Of a DNA stretch of 64,000 nucleotides, positions 37,939-48,036 are shown piece after piece. The notes beneath the pieces are model-generated. The model saw only the letters and a program-made list of their open reading frames with translations. It had not been told where the DNA came from and searched no databases. Every line of letters begins with the position of its first letter. Within the stretch, counting starts at the first letter, position 1. This DNA comes from Planctomycetota bacterium (GTDB lineage Bacteria > Planctomycetota > PLA2 > JAEUHO01): NCBI GenBank assembly GCA_965222115.1, contig CBDCTJ010000007.1, positions 576,001 to 640,000 of the forward strand, in the 5' to 3' direction. A program made the position numbers and the translations under genes.

Positions 37939-39345
37939 CTAATTTCCGTCGGTCGGAGACCCGCTTTCGTCCTTTGGTGACTCCACCGCTCCTGCTTCAG
38001 CGTCGTCATTGTCTTCGTCGCCCTTTTCAGGGGCGGGTGTGGGCTTTTCGGGTGGATCTACCTTGTAGGCGTCTTGCTTGACAGTCTTCAATGACTTTTC
38101 GGTAGCCGTGGGGGGCGTGGTGCCACCATCGGACGACGTTGATGCGACAAGTGCATCGCCATCGTAGGCCAGCACCTTCACGATGCGCACAGGCACCTGC
38201 AGTGTGGTGCTTAGCTGCGTGTAGTTATCGTCGGTCTTCGCATCTTCGTCGTCGGCCCAGGTATCGGACTTGAAAATGCGATCCAAGGTTGCGAGCGATG
38301 CATCGTCAAGCAACTTGCCAATCGGTGTGAAGTTGTGATCCAGCGCCGGGCTGCGCTTCGCAACGAATACAAGTTGGCTGGGTTCGTCATACGGTGAAAG
38401 CGGGCCGTGCCATGCCATGACGGTGCCACGTTCTGCAATAATTTGGTGGCGCGCCTTAGCCGGCAACAACTGCACCAAGGGCTCTGCTTCCGTCACGTCC
38501 TTGTGGGTATCGCGTTCATAGGGTTTGGCGTCCTTGGAAGCGGCGTTCCCCGTGTGAATCGTGGAGCGATAGGGGTCATCGTCCGGGCCATCGACTTGCT
38601 TGGTCACGATGGCGCGCCCATCAAACGTGCCACGATTCACTTCGTTTACCACCGCATCCACCAAGGTCTTTGTGCTTTCGCCGTAGCAGCGAATGCGCAT
38701 ATCTCCGCGATTTGTGCGCACCAGCAAGGTGTACGCTCCGTCTGGCGCCATCGATCGCGCGCGGTACTTGGTTTCCCAGCCCCGGTTGGCTTCAAGCCAC
38801 TGCAGCAGTTGACGGGTGAGCGTGGGAGCGCCATCGGGATCGGTGCGGCACTGTTCCCAATTCAATGGGAAGTCTTTGAACGAGTCGCGAATGACTTCCA
38901 GATGTTGTTGCGCACGGTCAAAATACTTTTGGCGTTCTTCGGGGGAATCGATCTTCTCACCGGCAATAAGTTGATCGACGGCCGCCTTGGCAATGCGCCA
39001 GCGCACGTGAGGCTCAATGGCGCCGTCCCATCCCCCCGGCTTTTTCTCAAGGAATGACTCCAACGCAAGTTGATAGGAGTCGCGATCTTCGGTGGCCTTC
39101 GCGCTGGGTTCCCAGTCGCTACCAATACGGCGTGCGTCGTACCGTCCGCGCAGTGCGCCAAAGTAATTCCACGCTTCGGTATCTTTTTCACTCTTCTGAT
39201 TAAGCCAAAATGCGACGCCCGCACCGACCAGCACCAAGAGACCCGTCACGATCAATGCGAGCTTCAGGATGCGGGTCAACCGATCGGGATCGCTTAACGC
39301 GAATTCGCGATCGATCTCGGCATTCTCAGAGGGGTCCCTATCCAT
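37939..39345 (-). CDS. Membrane-anchored periplasmic protein with a degenerate cyclophilin-like C-terminal domain
   Basis: One TM helix; LVRTNRGDMRIRCY...GTFDG, RGTVMA, SQLVFV, LDHNFTPIGK match the cyclophilin scaffold. Confidence 0.6.
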   Translation of the reverse strand: MDRDPSENAEIDREFALSDPDRLTRILKLALIVTGLLVLVGAGVAFWLNQKSEKDTEAWNYFGALRGRYDARRIGSDWEPSAKATEDRDSYQLALESFLEKKPGGWDGAIEPHVRWRIAKAAVDQLIAGEKIDSPEERQKYFDRAQQHLEVIRDSFKDFPLNWEQCRTDPDGAPTLTRQLLQWLEANRGWETKYRARSMAPDGAYTLLVRTNRGDMRIRCYGESTKTLVDAVVNEVNRGTFDGRAIVTKQVDGPDDDPYRSTIHTGNAASKDAKPYERDTHKDVTEAEPLVQLLPAKARHQIIAERGTVMAWHGPLSPYDEPSQLVFVAKRSPALDHNFTPIGKLLDDASLATLDRIFKSDTWADDEDAKTDDNYTQLSTTLQVPVRIVKVLAYDGDALVASTSSDGGTTPPTATEKSLKTVKQDAYKVDPPEKPTPAPEKGDEDNDDAEAGAVESPKDESGSPTDGN

Positions 39346-39515
39346 GGCGATTCGTTCCTTTGGTGCATCGAGCCTTTGGTGGTTCGGGTCTTTCGCGCCC
39401 CATGTTCTAAAGCCCGCGGCGTGATTCGGGGGCATCCTACATGGGCGTTGCTTGGCAACGACGGGTACCTCTGACGTCACGCGTTCGTGGCGCGCGGTAC
39501 CCCCTGGACCTAGCC

Positions 39516-40814
39516 CTACGGCTCGGGTGACTTGGCTTGAGACACACTTTGTTTGGCAACGGTATTGGCCTGGTCGGCAAGCGTATTGGGGTGATCAGGG
39601 AGTGGGAGAAACGCTTCAAGATGCGAAAGATTTCCCGCCTCTTTGATCAAGTTACGTGCCACGACCAGGCGTTGGACTTGGTTGGTGCCTTCATAGATCT
39701 GCGTGATCTTGGCGTCGCGCATGTACTTCTCGATGGGGTAGTCGCGCATGTATCCGTACCCGCCGAATATCTGCACCGCGTCGGTCGTGACTTTCATCGC
39801 CGCGTCGGTAGCAAAGAGCTTCGCCATGGCCGCCATTTTGGTTAGCGATTTGACGCCCGCATCGCAGGCCCTCGCCGAGGCGTAAATCAACTGACGACTT
39901 GCTTCCACATGGGCCGCCATATCAGCCAGGAGCGCTTGCACCATCTGAAAGCTCGAAATCGGCTGGCCGAATTGAATACGATTGGTGGCATAGACCGTGG
40001 CGTAGTCCAAAGCCCCCCGCGCAAGACCGGCGGCCTGCGCCGCCACGCCCGGACGCGCCCTATCCAACGTCATCATTGCGTGCTTGAAGCCCATGCCTTC
40101 GCGACCACCCAGGAGGCGGTCCTTCGGAATGCGGCAGCCGTCAAAGTGACACTCGACGACTGGAACGCAGCGAATACCCATCTTGTCTTCCGCGCGTCCA
40201 ATACGAAAGCCAGGGTCTCCCTTTTCAACAAGGAACGCACTCATGCGTCGCGAACGTGAGTTTGGATCGGTGACCGCAAAGATGCTGTAGATGTCGGCGG
40301 CACCGCCGTTCGTGGTCCACTTCTTGGCACCATCAATGACATAGTGATCGCCGTCTTTGGCGGCGCGCGTGCTTACACCCCCGGCGTCACTTCCTGCGTT
40401 GCGCTCGGAGAGGCCGAACGCAATAAGTCGCTTGCCCGCGGCGATATCCGGTAGGTACTTCTTCTTCTGCTCATCGGTGCCGGCCAGAAGAATCGGAAAG
40501 CTCCCCAGGGCATTGACGGCAAAGAGCACGCCAACGCCACCACAGGCGCGGGAAAGTTCTTCGACGACCAGGCATAGGTCCAAGACGCCACCGCCATGGC
40601 CGCCATAGGCTTTAGGAATCCACACGCCAAACAGGCCGGCTTCCGCCAGGGCGTCCCGAATTTCCCATGGGTATTCCTGCACGCGATCAAAGTGAGCGGC
40701 ACGCGGGCGAATTACGGACTCCGCAAGTTCACGGGCCGTGTCGCGCCAGCGACGGTTTTCCGCAGTTAGTAGCTCGTCCAGGGTGCACCTCCGCGGTGAC
40801 GCCCTGAGCCCCAT
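39516..40814 (-). CDS. Acyl-CoA dehydrogenase
   Basis: FGLSERNAGSD, GAKKWTTNG, KMGIR, LDRARPG, QIFGGYGYMRDYPIEKYMRDAKITQIYEGTNQ; start is ATG 40814 or CTG 40781. Confidence 0.95.
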   Translation of the reverse strand: MGLRASPRRCTLDELLTAENRRWRDTARELAESVIRPRAAHFDRVQEYPWEIRDALAEAGLFGVWIPKAYGGHGGGVLDLCLVVEELSRACGGVGVLFAVNALGSFPILLAGTDEQKKKYLPDIAAGKRLIAFGLSERNAGSDAGGVSTRAAKDGDHYVIDGAKKWTTNGGAADIYSIFAVTDPNSRSRRMSAFLVEKGDPGFRIGRAEDKMGIRCVPVVECHFDGCRIPKDRLLGGREGMGFKHAMMTLDRARPGVAAQAAGLARGALDYATVYATNRIQFGQPISSFQMVQALLADMAAHVEASRQLIYASARACDAGVKSLTKMAAMAKLFATDAAMKVTTDAVQIFGGYGYMRDYPIEKYMRDAKITQIYEGTNQVQRLVVARNLIKEAGNLSHLEAFLPLPDHPNTLADQANTVAKQSVSQAKSPEP

Positions 40815-40967
40815 GCTCAGCAGCGAACCGCGGAGTATAGATCCCTCGCGCACGTCGTCCCAACCGAGCCCGGGGTCAATCTGGGGGCAGACGCGGCAAG
40901 TCGAAGAAGGGCGATTGGTGACTTGGCGACCCACGTGAGTACGAGGGACGCCAAGTGCTAGTGACTC

Positions 40968-41025
40968 GTGCGAGGCGCCACTCGCCAATGGCCAGCGGCT
41001 AGTGCGAGGCGCCACTCGCCAATGG
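40968..41025. repeat. 24-bp direct repeat (period 34)
   Basis: GTGCGAGGCGCCACTCGCCAATGG at 40968-40991 and 41002-41025. Confidence 0.9.
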
Positions 41026-41430
41026 AAGGAGTCGCCGATCGCTAAGGCCGTCTTCGAGCCGGTGCCAGTACTGGACGTGGTCTTCGCCGCGCTGCCAGCT
41101 CAGGTAAACAATCTCACCGTCTACGTCACCATAGAAGTCGATTGCACCACTCTCGTAGTCCTTCACTGTGCCGCCGAGGCTTTCGATTTCCTCAATTAGC
41201 GACTGAAAGCGATCTAGCTCGCGCGCAACGCGCTCATCGGCCCGACGGAGCTCCTGATCCGCGCGAATCGACTCGGCACCTTCGGCTTCGTCCGCGCGCG
41301 TCTTGGCGGTCTCAAAGGCCTGCAACGCAGCATTGACGTTGCGGTAGGCCACAACGATGTCGTCTGCGATGCGACGAACCAGCGGAATCATCCGGCTGGC
41401 TTCTTCAGGGGTGAAAATTTTGCCTTTCAT
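40999..41430 (-). CDS. DUF2203 family protein
   Basis: FTPEEASRMIPLV, VKDYESGAIDF, VYLSWQRGE...YWH; AGGAG RBS. Confidence 0.85.
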   Translation of the reverse strand: MKGKIFTPEEASRMIPLVRRIADDIVVAYRNVNAALQAFETAKTRADEAEGAESIRADQELRRADERVARELDRFQSLIEEIESLGGTVKDYESGAIDFYGDVDGEIVYLSWQRGEDHVQYWHRLEDGLSDRRLLPLASGASH

Positions 41431-41893
41431 GACCGTTGCTCCTAAACGGGGAACGGGAAGCCAAATGCAACTTCCGCGCCGAACCCCGGAAAGACCGATT
41501 GGCGCCAGCCGTTGGCCGGGCACAGGCCGCCAAATGGCCTCTCCATCTATCTAGACGGCTTTTCGGCCTCGAAAGTCGGTGAAAAAAATGTCAGATCGCC
41601 GTCCAGGGGTCGAAATTTCGGTGTGTGGGAGGGACGCGGGTGTCCCCGTTTGGGGAACGACAATGTGAGGGCCTTCAGGGTGTCCCCTGGGCGTAACGCA
41701 TGCGAACTATAGGCTATCAGGCGACCGGACCTAGCTGTCGAGCGGAGCACGGGGTTTCGATATCGCGCGCAGAACGTGGGGCTGGCACCGTGGTTCAGGC
41801 TAGCCGACCTCGGGGCCTACCCTATCGTGTGCGGTCCGCCCTCGTGTCTGAAGGGCGCCGCCCCGGTCTAGTCGGAGCCCTTTCGGAGCACTC

Positions 41894-42904
41894 GTGGACG
41901 AGCAGATTCGCACCATTCAAGAATATGTCTACTCGAAGTACATCGACGGTATGCGCGTGGATCCGATCGACGAAGAGGCTGCGTGCGAGCGGTTGCAAAC
42001 CTACTTCCTTCGGCCGGATAAGAACGAAGACCCCGAATGTGTCTACGTGGGCGTCTTGTGTTTCGAACTGGGTTATGAAGTCGAAGCCAAGCAAGTTGAT
42101 TATTTTCAACGCGCGCACTTTTGGTTGACGCGCCATCGCGGGTTGACCGGTGAGGCGTGGGACGCGGTGGACGACCGCTTGCTCGACTTACAAGAGTTCT
42201 TTGATCAGAAGGAAATCGAAGTTGACGAGTCGCCCTTCTCCGCCGAGGCCGAGGCCGAGGCGGCGCTGGCGCCCGTTGAGATTCGCGAGATTGAAGATCA
42301 CGGTCGCATGATGTTGATACCTGGCGGCGGATTCCTGTTCGGTGCCAACAAGGAACATCGTTCGATCCCAGGGTTCTACATCGATAAGTGCCCGGTAACG
42401 AATCGCCAATACGAGGCGTTTTGCCGCGCCACCGGATACCGTTTTCCGCGCCACTTCAACGACAAGCGTTTTAGTCACCCCGATGCACCCGTTGTCGGCG
42501 TGAGTGTCAACGACGCACTGAAGTACAGCCGTTGGGTTGGCAAAGTCCTGCCCACCGAGGAACAGTGGGAGAAGGCCTGCCGCGGCGTGGATGGACGTCC
42601 CATGCCCTGGGGCGACGACGGCGTAGACGAAACGCGCGCGTGTTTTGGCAAAGATCCCCAGGAGGGGGGCACCGAGTCAGTCAAGGTGCGCCCCAAGTCG
42701 GAGAGTCCCTACGGCGTGTGGGACATGATTGGCAACGTGTGGGAGTGGACGTCGAGCGTGGAACAAGATCCCGATACCGTGCATGCCATTCGCGGCGGGT
42801 GCTACAACGACGTCAGCGACTTTCTGAGTGCCACATGTCGCTTGGTCGCTGCGCCCAAAGACAAGTTTGAAGCCATCGGCTTTCGGTGTGCCAAGCCTAC
42901 GTAA
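41894..42904 (+). CDS. SUMF1/FGE-sulfatase domain protein with an N-terminal extension
   Basis: IPGGGFLFG, PVTNRQY, LPTEEQWEKACRG, SPYGVWDMIGNVWEW, RGG, IGFRC. Confidence 0.88.
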   Translation: MDEQIRTIQEYVYSKYIDGMRVDPIDEEAACERLQTYFLRPDKNEDPECVYVGVLCFELGYEVEAKQVDYFQRAHFWLTRHRGLTGEAWDAVDDRLLDLQEFFDQKEIEVDESPFSAEAEAEAALAPVEIREIEDHGRMMLIPGGGFLFGANKEHRSIPGFYIDKCPVTNRQYEAFCRATGYRFPRHFNDKRFSHPDAPVVGVSVNDALKYSRWVGKVLPTEEQWEKACRGVDGRPMPWGDDGVDETRACFGKDPQEGGTESVKVRPKSESPYGVWDMIGNVWEWTSSVEQDPDTVHAIRGGCYNDVSDFLSATCRLVAAPKDKFEAIGFRCAKPT

Positions 42905-42946
42905 CGTTGTTGTGCCGCGCCGCGCCGGTCAAGGACCGCGCACGCT

Positions 42947-43876
42947 GTGACCGATTCAACGTCTAACTCGAACACACGTTCGCCCGTGACGCTACGCACG
43001 CACATTGCGCTTCTGCGTCCATTCACTTTGTTGGCACCGGTTGTCGGTGTGCTTGCGGGTGTGACCACGGCCTACGGCGCCATGGGCGGGGCGGTGTCGT
43101 GGCCCATGGCGTCGGTCGTCTACGCGTGTCTATCGGCCGCGCTTGCAACCGGTGCGAGCAACGTGTGGAATCAGGTCTTTGACGCGCCGATCGATTCCGT
43201 CAATAAGCCAACGCGCATGATTCCCGCGGGCCGCATTGACGCGGCGCGCGCAACGTCGTTTGGGGCGTGGTTGGCGGCGGGGACGTTGGTCTTCGGCTGG
43301 CTCGCAGGCCCCGCGTTTGCTGTGTTTGTCTCGCTTGGGTTGTTGTTGACGTGGATGTATAGCGCCCCGCCGCTGCGTTTGAAAGCGCATCCGATCGGTG
43401 CCAATGGGGCCATTGCGATTGCGCGTGGGTTGCTGGTGCCGGTGGCGGGTTGGTCGCTGCTCGCACCCGCATGGGCATCCGATCCGTGGGTGCTCGGTGC
43501 TTGTGCGTGTGTCTTTTTGTTGGGCGCCGCGAGCACCAAGGACTTTACCGATGTAGACGGTGATCGTGCGTATGGGTGTCGCACATGGCCCATCCTTTAC
43601 GGGACGCGCGGCGCGGCGCGGCGCATGACGCCGTTCGTCGTTGGAGCGTTTGGGTTGCTGCCTGCAGCGGCATATCTAGGCGGCTTGTCAATCCCTGTAC
43701 CTCATGCCGCCGTGCTCGCCGTGGTGCTTATGCTTTTGGGCGTGCGCGCGTCGTGGTTGTTGCTACACGACCCGAACGCCGTATCGAATCGTTCGGGCAA
43801 TCACCCCGCGTGGCGCTGGATGTATATCACGCTCTTGGTGTTCTTCGTTGGTGCCGCCGCGGTGTACAACCTGTGA
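42947..43876 (+). CDS. UbiA-superfamily prenyltransferase
   Basis: LLRPFT, NQVFDAPIDSVNKPTRMIPAG, KDFTDVDGD; multiple TM helices. Confidence 0.88.
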   Translation: MTDSTSNSNTRSPVTLRTHIALLRPFTLLAPVVGVLAGVTTAYGAMGGAVSWPMASVVYACLSAALATGASNVWNQVFDAPIDSVNKPTRMIPAGRIDAARATSFGAWLAAGTLVFGWLAGPAFAVFVSLGLLLTWMYSAPPLRLKAHPIGANGAIAIARGLLVPVAGWSLLAPAWASDPWVLGACACVFLLGAASTKDFTDVDGDRAYGCRTWPILYGTRGAARRMTPFVVGAFGLLPAAAYLGGLSIPVPHAAVLAVVLMLLGVRASWLLLHDPNAVSNRSGNHPAWRWMYITLLVFFVGAAAVYNL

Positions 43877-43901
43877 TATGTTGATGGACGCACGCCATTC
43901 A

Positions 43902-45782
43902 CTACTTGTGGCGCGCCATACGCATCAAGACGAAGTTGAGTGCCAAACGGTGAGAAGCAATCGTTCCCGCCAAGTTGCCCTTCTTCTGATAGTAGTGGCC
44001 AATGGCGTGGAGCACGCGTCCGCGACCGTAGGGAAACGTTGCCGCTACCACCGAGCTCGTGCCATGAATTTCACGCAGTTCGGGGGCTTCAATCAACACT
44101 TCGACTTTGGATTTGTTGCCGGGACGCACATCGTAGGACTTGCGCTCCAGCCACCACTTACCCTGCGTCTTGGGCAAGAACACACCATTTAGAAGCGGGT
44201 GATTCTTACGCCCACGCGCCGGTTCGATGTCGACCACCATTTCGGCCAGTTCATTGCGATCGCCGCGCGTGCGCAAGAATCCGGGAAACGTTCGAGTGAC
44301 GACGGTGGCGATCCCCCAGTCGGTCGTAAACAAGTACCCGCCGTCCCGCACAAAGCGCTCCACTTTGCTCAAGATGCGTCGTCGGTTGTGGGGCAGGAGT
44401 GCTTCGCCGCAATTCCAAAACACGACTTTGTAGTCTTTTAGCGAAACAGCGTTTCGACCCACCAAGTTGTAGGGCGAGGAAAATGTGTATGGAATGCGTA
44501 GGGCATCAAGCACACGTTCGATGCTGTCAAATCCACCTTCCACCACCAAGACGTCTTCGCGCCGAAGGCGATCCAGCGCTGCGCCCGCGCCTGTTTTGCT
44601 GCCGCCGATCGCATCGAGCACAAGTTTGGCCGACGCACGATTGACGTCGAGCGCGCGTCCGGTGGAAAACGCTTGATTGAGTTTACCAGCGGCCACGTTT
44701 GGCGGCGTCGTGACTTGAGGTTTCTTGCGCCGCAATCGCTTGGTCGGACGAAATAGCGTGGCGGTATTGGGATGCAATCCAACCTGTGCCGGCGGGGGAT
44801 CGATCATGTCCTCTTCGGGCAGCGGCAACTCCTCACGCGGATCGGGCGGTGGGGGGGCAGAGGATGCAGGCTCAATCACATCGAGCGACTCCAACAAATC
44901 CTCTGGTTCGTGATGGATCGGCTCTTCAAATACTTCTAAGGGATCGGGTTCGTTGCCGCCCTCCAATTCGTCGGCCACGTCCATAGCACCTTTCACCGTG
45001 CCGAGCGCGGATGTGGGCACATCGGCTTCCTGTTCCATGAACAGGGCAAGCGCAAAGAACAACGCAGCGTGCGCAAGTGCCGACGCGATGAAGAAAGGCG
45101 ACTTCTTTAGTTGTTCCACGAGTTCGCGTTGAAACTCGCGCGTACCAAATCGCTGATCTATGTCTTTGGGACCCGCTTGGTGGCGCTCCGCTACCGTTGT
45201 TGTCGCCGTAGCACGCGACGCAGTGCGCTTGTCGTTCACGTCCGTTGCACGACGATTCGTCGCATGTTGAGTAGCGGGCGTCGCCGCCGCCTTGGTTTGA
45301 GGATGCGGTCGCTGCGCGTGTGAGATTCGTTTCGCATCATCGGCGCGCGGCAGGGCCTGCGACGTCGTGGGGTGCCTGTTTGTTGGCGTTGTGTGGGCTT
45401 CGCGTGGATTGGACGGCTGCGAAGTGCCAACGCCAGGGTCATCGGCCAGCTGAAACGTGCTCTCTGCGATGGAGGACGCCGCCGCGGGCGCTTCGTCGTA
45501 GTGGCCAAATGCGAATGCCGCGTGCGCGCCACGCGCGGCGGTGATTTCAACATCGCCGACAAAGAACGATTGGCCCCAGATGATGGGAATCGGGGTGAGA
45601 GGTCGCTTGGTCGTTCGAAAACACAAGCCGTCGGCGTCGGGTTCGATTACACCCTCAATATCCGCCCAGCCCACATGGCTCAACGACACGCCTGCGACGG
45701 GCGAGGACCCTACCGTGCATGGCAACTCCGAAATGGGTACCGTGCGCATCCAGGTGTCGGCCTTTAGCGTGAGGTTGAACAC
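43902..45782 (-). CDS. Hypothetical bitopic protein (FHA-like N-terminus, TM, Pro-rich linker, class I GATase-like C-terminus)
   Basis: SALAHAALFFAL TM; VVFWNC, FVRDGGYLFTTDW, FPYGRGRV. Confidence 0.6.
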   Translation of the reverse strand: MFNLTLKADTWMRTVPISELPCTVGSSPVAGVSLSHVGWADIEGVIEPDADGLCFRTTKRPLTPIPIIWGQSFFVGDVEITAARGAHAAFAFGHYDEAPAAASSIAESTFQLADDPGVGTSQPSNPREAHTTPTNRHPTTSQALPRADDAKRISHAQRPHPQTKAAATPATQHATNRRATDVNDKRTASRATATTTVAERHQAGPKDIDQRFGTREFQRELVEQLKKSPFFIASALAHAALFFALALFMEQEADVPTSALGTVKGAMDVADELEGGNEPDPLEVFEEPIHHEPEDLLESLDVIEPASSAPPPPDPREELPLPEEDMIDPPPAQVGLHPNTATLFRPTKRLRRKKPQVTTPPNVAAGKLNQAFSTGRALDVNRASAKLVLDAIGGSKTGAGAALDRLRREDVLVVEGGFDSIERVLDALRIPYTFSSPYNLVGRNAVSLKDYKVVFWNCGEALLPHNRRRILSKVERFVRDGGYLFTTDWGIATVVTRTFPGFLRTRGDRNELAEMVVDIEPARGRKNHPLLNGVFLPKTQGKWWLERKSYDVRPGNKSKVEVLIEAPELREIHGTSSVVAATFPYGRGRVLHAIGHYYQKKGNLAGTIASHRLALNFVLMRMARHK

Positions 45783-45853
45783 GGCGCGGGGAGTCCTCGG
45801 CGAATCGTCGCTGGCCCCCTCGATTTCACGGGGTGCCTATGCCTTCCAACGTA

Positions 45854-47017
45854 TCAGGCGGTCAACGGACGCGATCGATCATGCGATTTCAGCTGTTCTC
45901 GCGTCGAGCTACCTACGTCGCGGGCTCTCCTCCGGGCTAACAGCATGACGGCAGCCGCGATTCCAGGCACAAATGGAACGCCTCCCAGTCGCCACTGCTC
46001 GCCGAGTTGTTGGAGACCGTGCTCCATGGCGGTAAGTGAGATAGCGCCCTTCGTGACGGGTTGGTAATGAACGCAGAAGTACGTGGCCGCGGTCACGACG
46101 ACCAGTGCAATGAGCATCAAGCTGGCAAGTATACGGGAGGCACGGCCCTCGAGACCCACGAACGCACCGAGTAGTAGCACGACCAAGCACACGGCGATGT
46201 AGATCGGTGCGAGGACGCCAACACGAGAGATCAGCGGCGAATCGGTGGGGCGTGTCTCTGGAATCTCGTTGCTTGGTAGTTCTGTGAAGTCTCGGGTTGC
46301 CGCCACAGCACTTGTCAGGTTGCTGTGATACCCAAACATGTAATTCTTATGGAGCCGTGACTGGCCAATTGGAAATGCCAAGTACGAAACGAGGAGCGCG
46401 AATCCTGTAATCAGGACCAACCAACCCGTACGCGATCGTTCTCGTCGCGGAACCAGGAGCCCGCCGACGACAAGCCCGACACCAAGCGCGAAGTCCAGCA
46501 GTTGTGAATCCCCGGGTCGGCCGATAAACATCGTCAAACCCGTCGCGGCAATCAGCAGCCGCCCACGCCACGCGCCGCCCTTCGTCGTGGTCACGATCAG
46601 GTAGAGCAGCGCTGCGATGACCAACACGCAGGCCAGCATCGGCGCGTAATGCCAATTCCACACCCACGATCCGTGTTCATCTCGAAACAACTCGACCAAG
46701 GTCTTCCCCAGATAGGGACGGCCCAACATCGTGGACCCCATGGTCCGGTGAAACGTCGTAAAGATGATGAGACAGGTGGCGATGAAGCCAATAGCTGCAT
46801 AGATACGTGGATTTTGCATCCAACCGAAGAGCAGCGAAGTTCGAGAGCGCGGCCCAAGCTCGTCGGTTGAACGTTCCATTACAGGGCGGCGGACGACACG
46901 CTGCGCGGCGTCTTCCTTGCCACGTCGCGTACGGGCACGCGCTCGCGGCAAACGCGCGTTCTCGTTGTCGCCCAACGCAAACGTCCGCTTACGTGAGGGG
47001 CGCGGCGCGTCAGGCAT
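45854..47017 (-). CDS. Hypothetical multi-pass membrane protein
   Basis: Basic N-terminal tail followed by many hydrophobic helices; start overlaps the upstream stop. Confidence 0.65.
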   Translation of the reverse strand: MPDAPRPSRKRTFALGDNENARLPRARARTRRGKEDAAQRVVRRPVMERSTDELGPRSRTSLLFGWMQNPRIYAAIGFIATCLIIFTTFHRTMGSTMLGRPYLGKTLVELFRDEHGSWVWNWHYAPMLACVLVIAALLYLIVTTTKGGAWRGRLLIAATGLTMFIGRPGDSQLLDFALGVGLVVGGLLVPRRERSRTGWLVLITGFALLVSYLAFPIGQSRLHKNYMFGYHSNLTSAVAATRDFTELPSNEIPETRPTDSPLISRVGVLAPIYIAVCLVVLLLGAFVGLEGRASRILASLMLIALVVVTAATYFCVHYQPVTKGAISLTAMEHGLQQLGEQWRLGGVPFVPGIAAAVMLLARRRARDVGSSTREQLKSHDRSRPLTA

Positions 47018-47954
47018 GTCGCACCTCGCGTTCTTCGAGCTTCTGCGCGCGCGCGACCTCTCCAAAGGCGAAGACTGCGATCATGAGTGGCGCAAGTGCA
47101 TCGGGAACAAGCATGTTGTATAACTGTGTTGAAATGGATCCCGCTGTGCCGGGCTCTTCGCCGCCTGTGCTTCCAGCAAGGGTCATGTAGGCATGCCGGG
47201 TGATCGAGGGGAGTAACAAGAGCGCAATGCCGCACCAAAGCCACCACCGCCATCGTATCCCAAACAACGTGGTAATCGCGATCACACAGGTCAGCAAGAT
47301 CATGGCCATCGGAATGAGATTGAACATCGTTTCGTCACGTTGCGATGTTTGAGGAGTTATGGGCTCACCACTAAACAGCCCCCGTTCCCATGCTCCGGGC
47401 AAGTCGCGAAGATAGTGCGTGAGTTTGGTGTCGGCATACGACATTGTTGGACTGATGAGCAGGTGCGCGAGCAGGCACGCGGCGGCGCCTGCCGCAATCC
47501 ATGCCCCGGTGCGCGTGGATGTTCGTTGGAGCGAGTACGCCAGCCCGCCACCCATGAGTGTCATGAGAACCAATTCGCTCGTGTCGTAGCGAGAAACTGC
47601 CATGGTCATGCTGACGGAATTCGCGGCGGATGGATCGCACAGAATAAAGATCAGGGGAGCGACCAACGCGAAAAGTACCGTTACACGTAAGCGCGCCGCG
47701 CGCGTAAATGCCATGAACAGGGCCCATAGCCCGGTAACGCTCCACAGCACGGCAGTTGCCGTAGTGCGAGGGTCTTCGATTCGCGCGAAGTGTTCCCACG
47801 GCCACGAATCGATAATGCCAAAGAGTGGATTGGCATACAGGAACAACGACAACACCATGAGGAATCCCGCTACGGCGAGCGAAGGTGACGTCGCCGAGAC
47901 GGCCGGCGCGATCGATGCAGGAGGTCGTTGGCGTCGGGTTCGTCGGGAACGCAT
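47010..47954 (-). CDS. Hypothetical multi-pass membrane protein
   Basis: Many hydrophobic helices; translationally coupled to the next gene. Confidence 0.65.
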   Translation of the reverse strand: MRSRRTRRQRPPASIAPAVSATSPSLAVAGFLMVLSLFLYANPLFGIIDSWPWEHFARIEDPRTTATAVLWSVTGLWALFMAFTRAARLRVTVLFALVAPLIFILCDPSAANSVSMTMAVSRYDTSELVLMTLMGGGLAYSLQRTSTRTGAWIAAGAAACLLAHLLISPTMSYADTKLTHYLRDLPGAWERGLFSGEPITPQTSQRDETMFNLIPMAMILLTCVIAITTLFGIRWRWWLWCGIALLLLPSITRHAYMTLAGSTGGEEPGTAGSISTQLYNMLVPDALAPLMIAVFAFGEVARAQKLEEREVRHA

Positions 47955-48036
47955 AGGTGTTCCATGAGAGCAGAAGGAGGGCGAGGCGACAAATCAGGTC
48001 TGTCACGCGAGGTGCAAATCGTACAAAGGAGGCGAT

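Noticed and set aside
42947-43876. Bacteriochlorophyll synthase implying phototrophy
   Set aside because: The motifs are shared across UbiA subfamilies and there are no bch/puf genes in the window.
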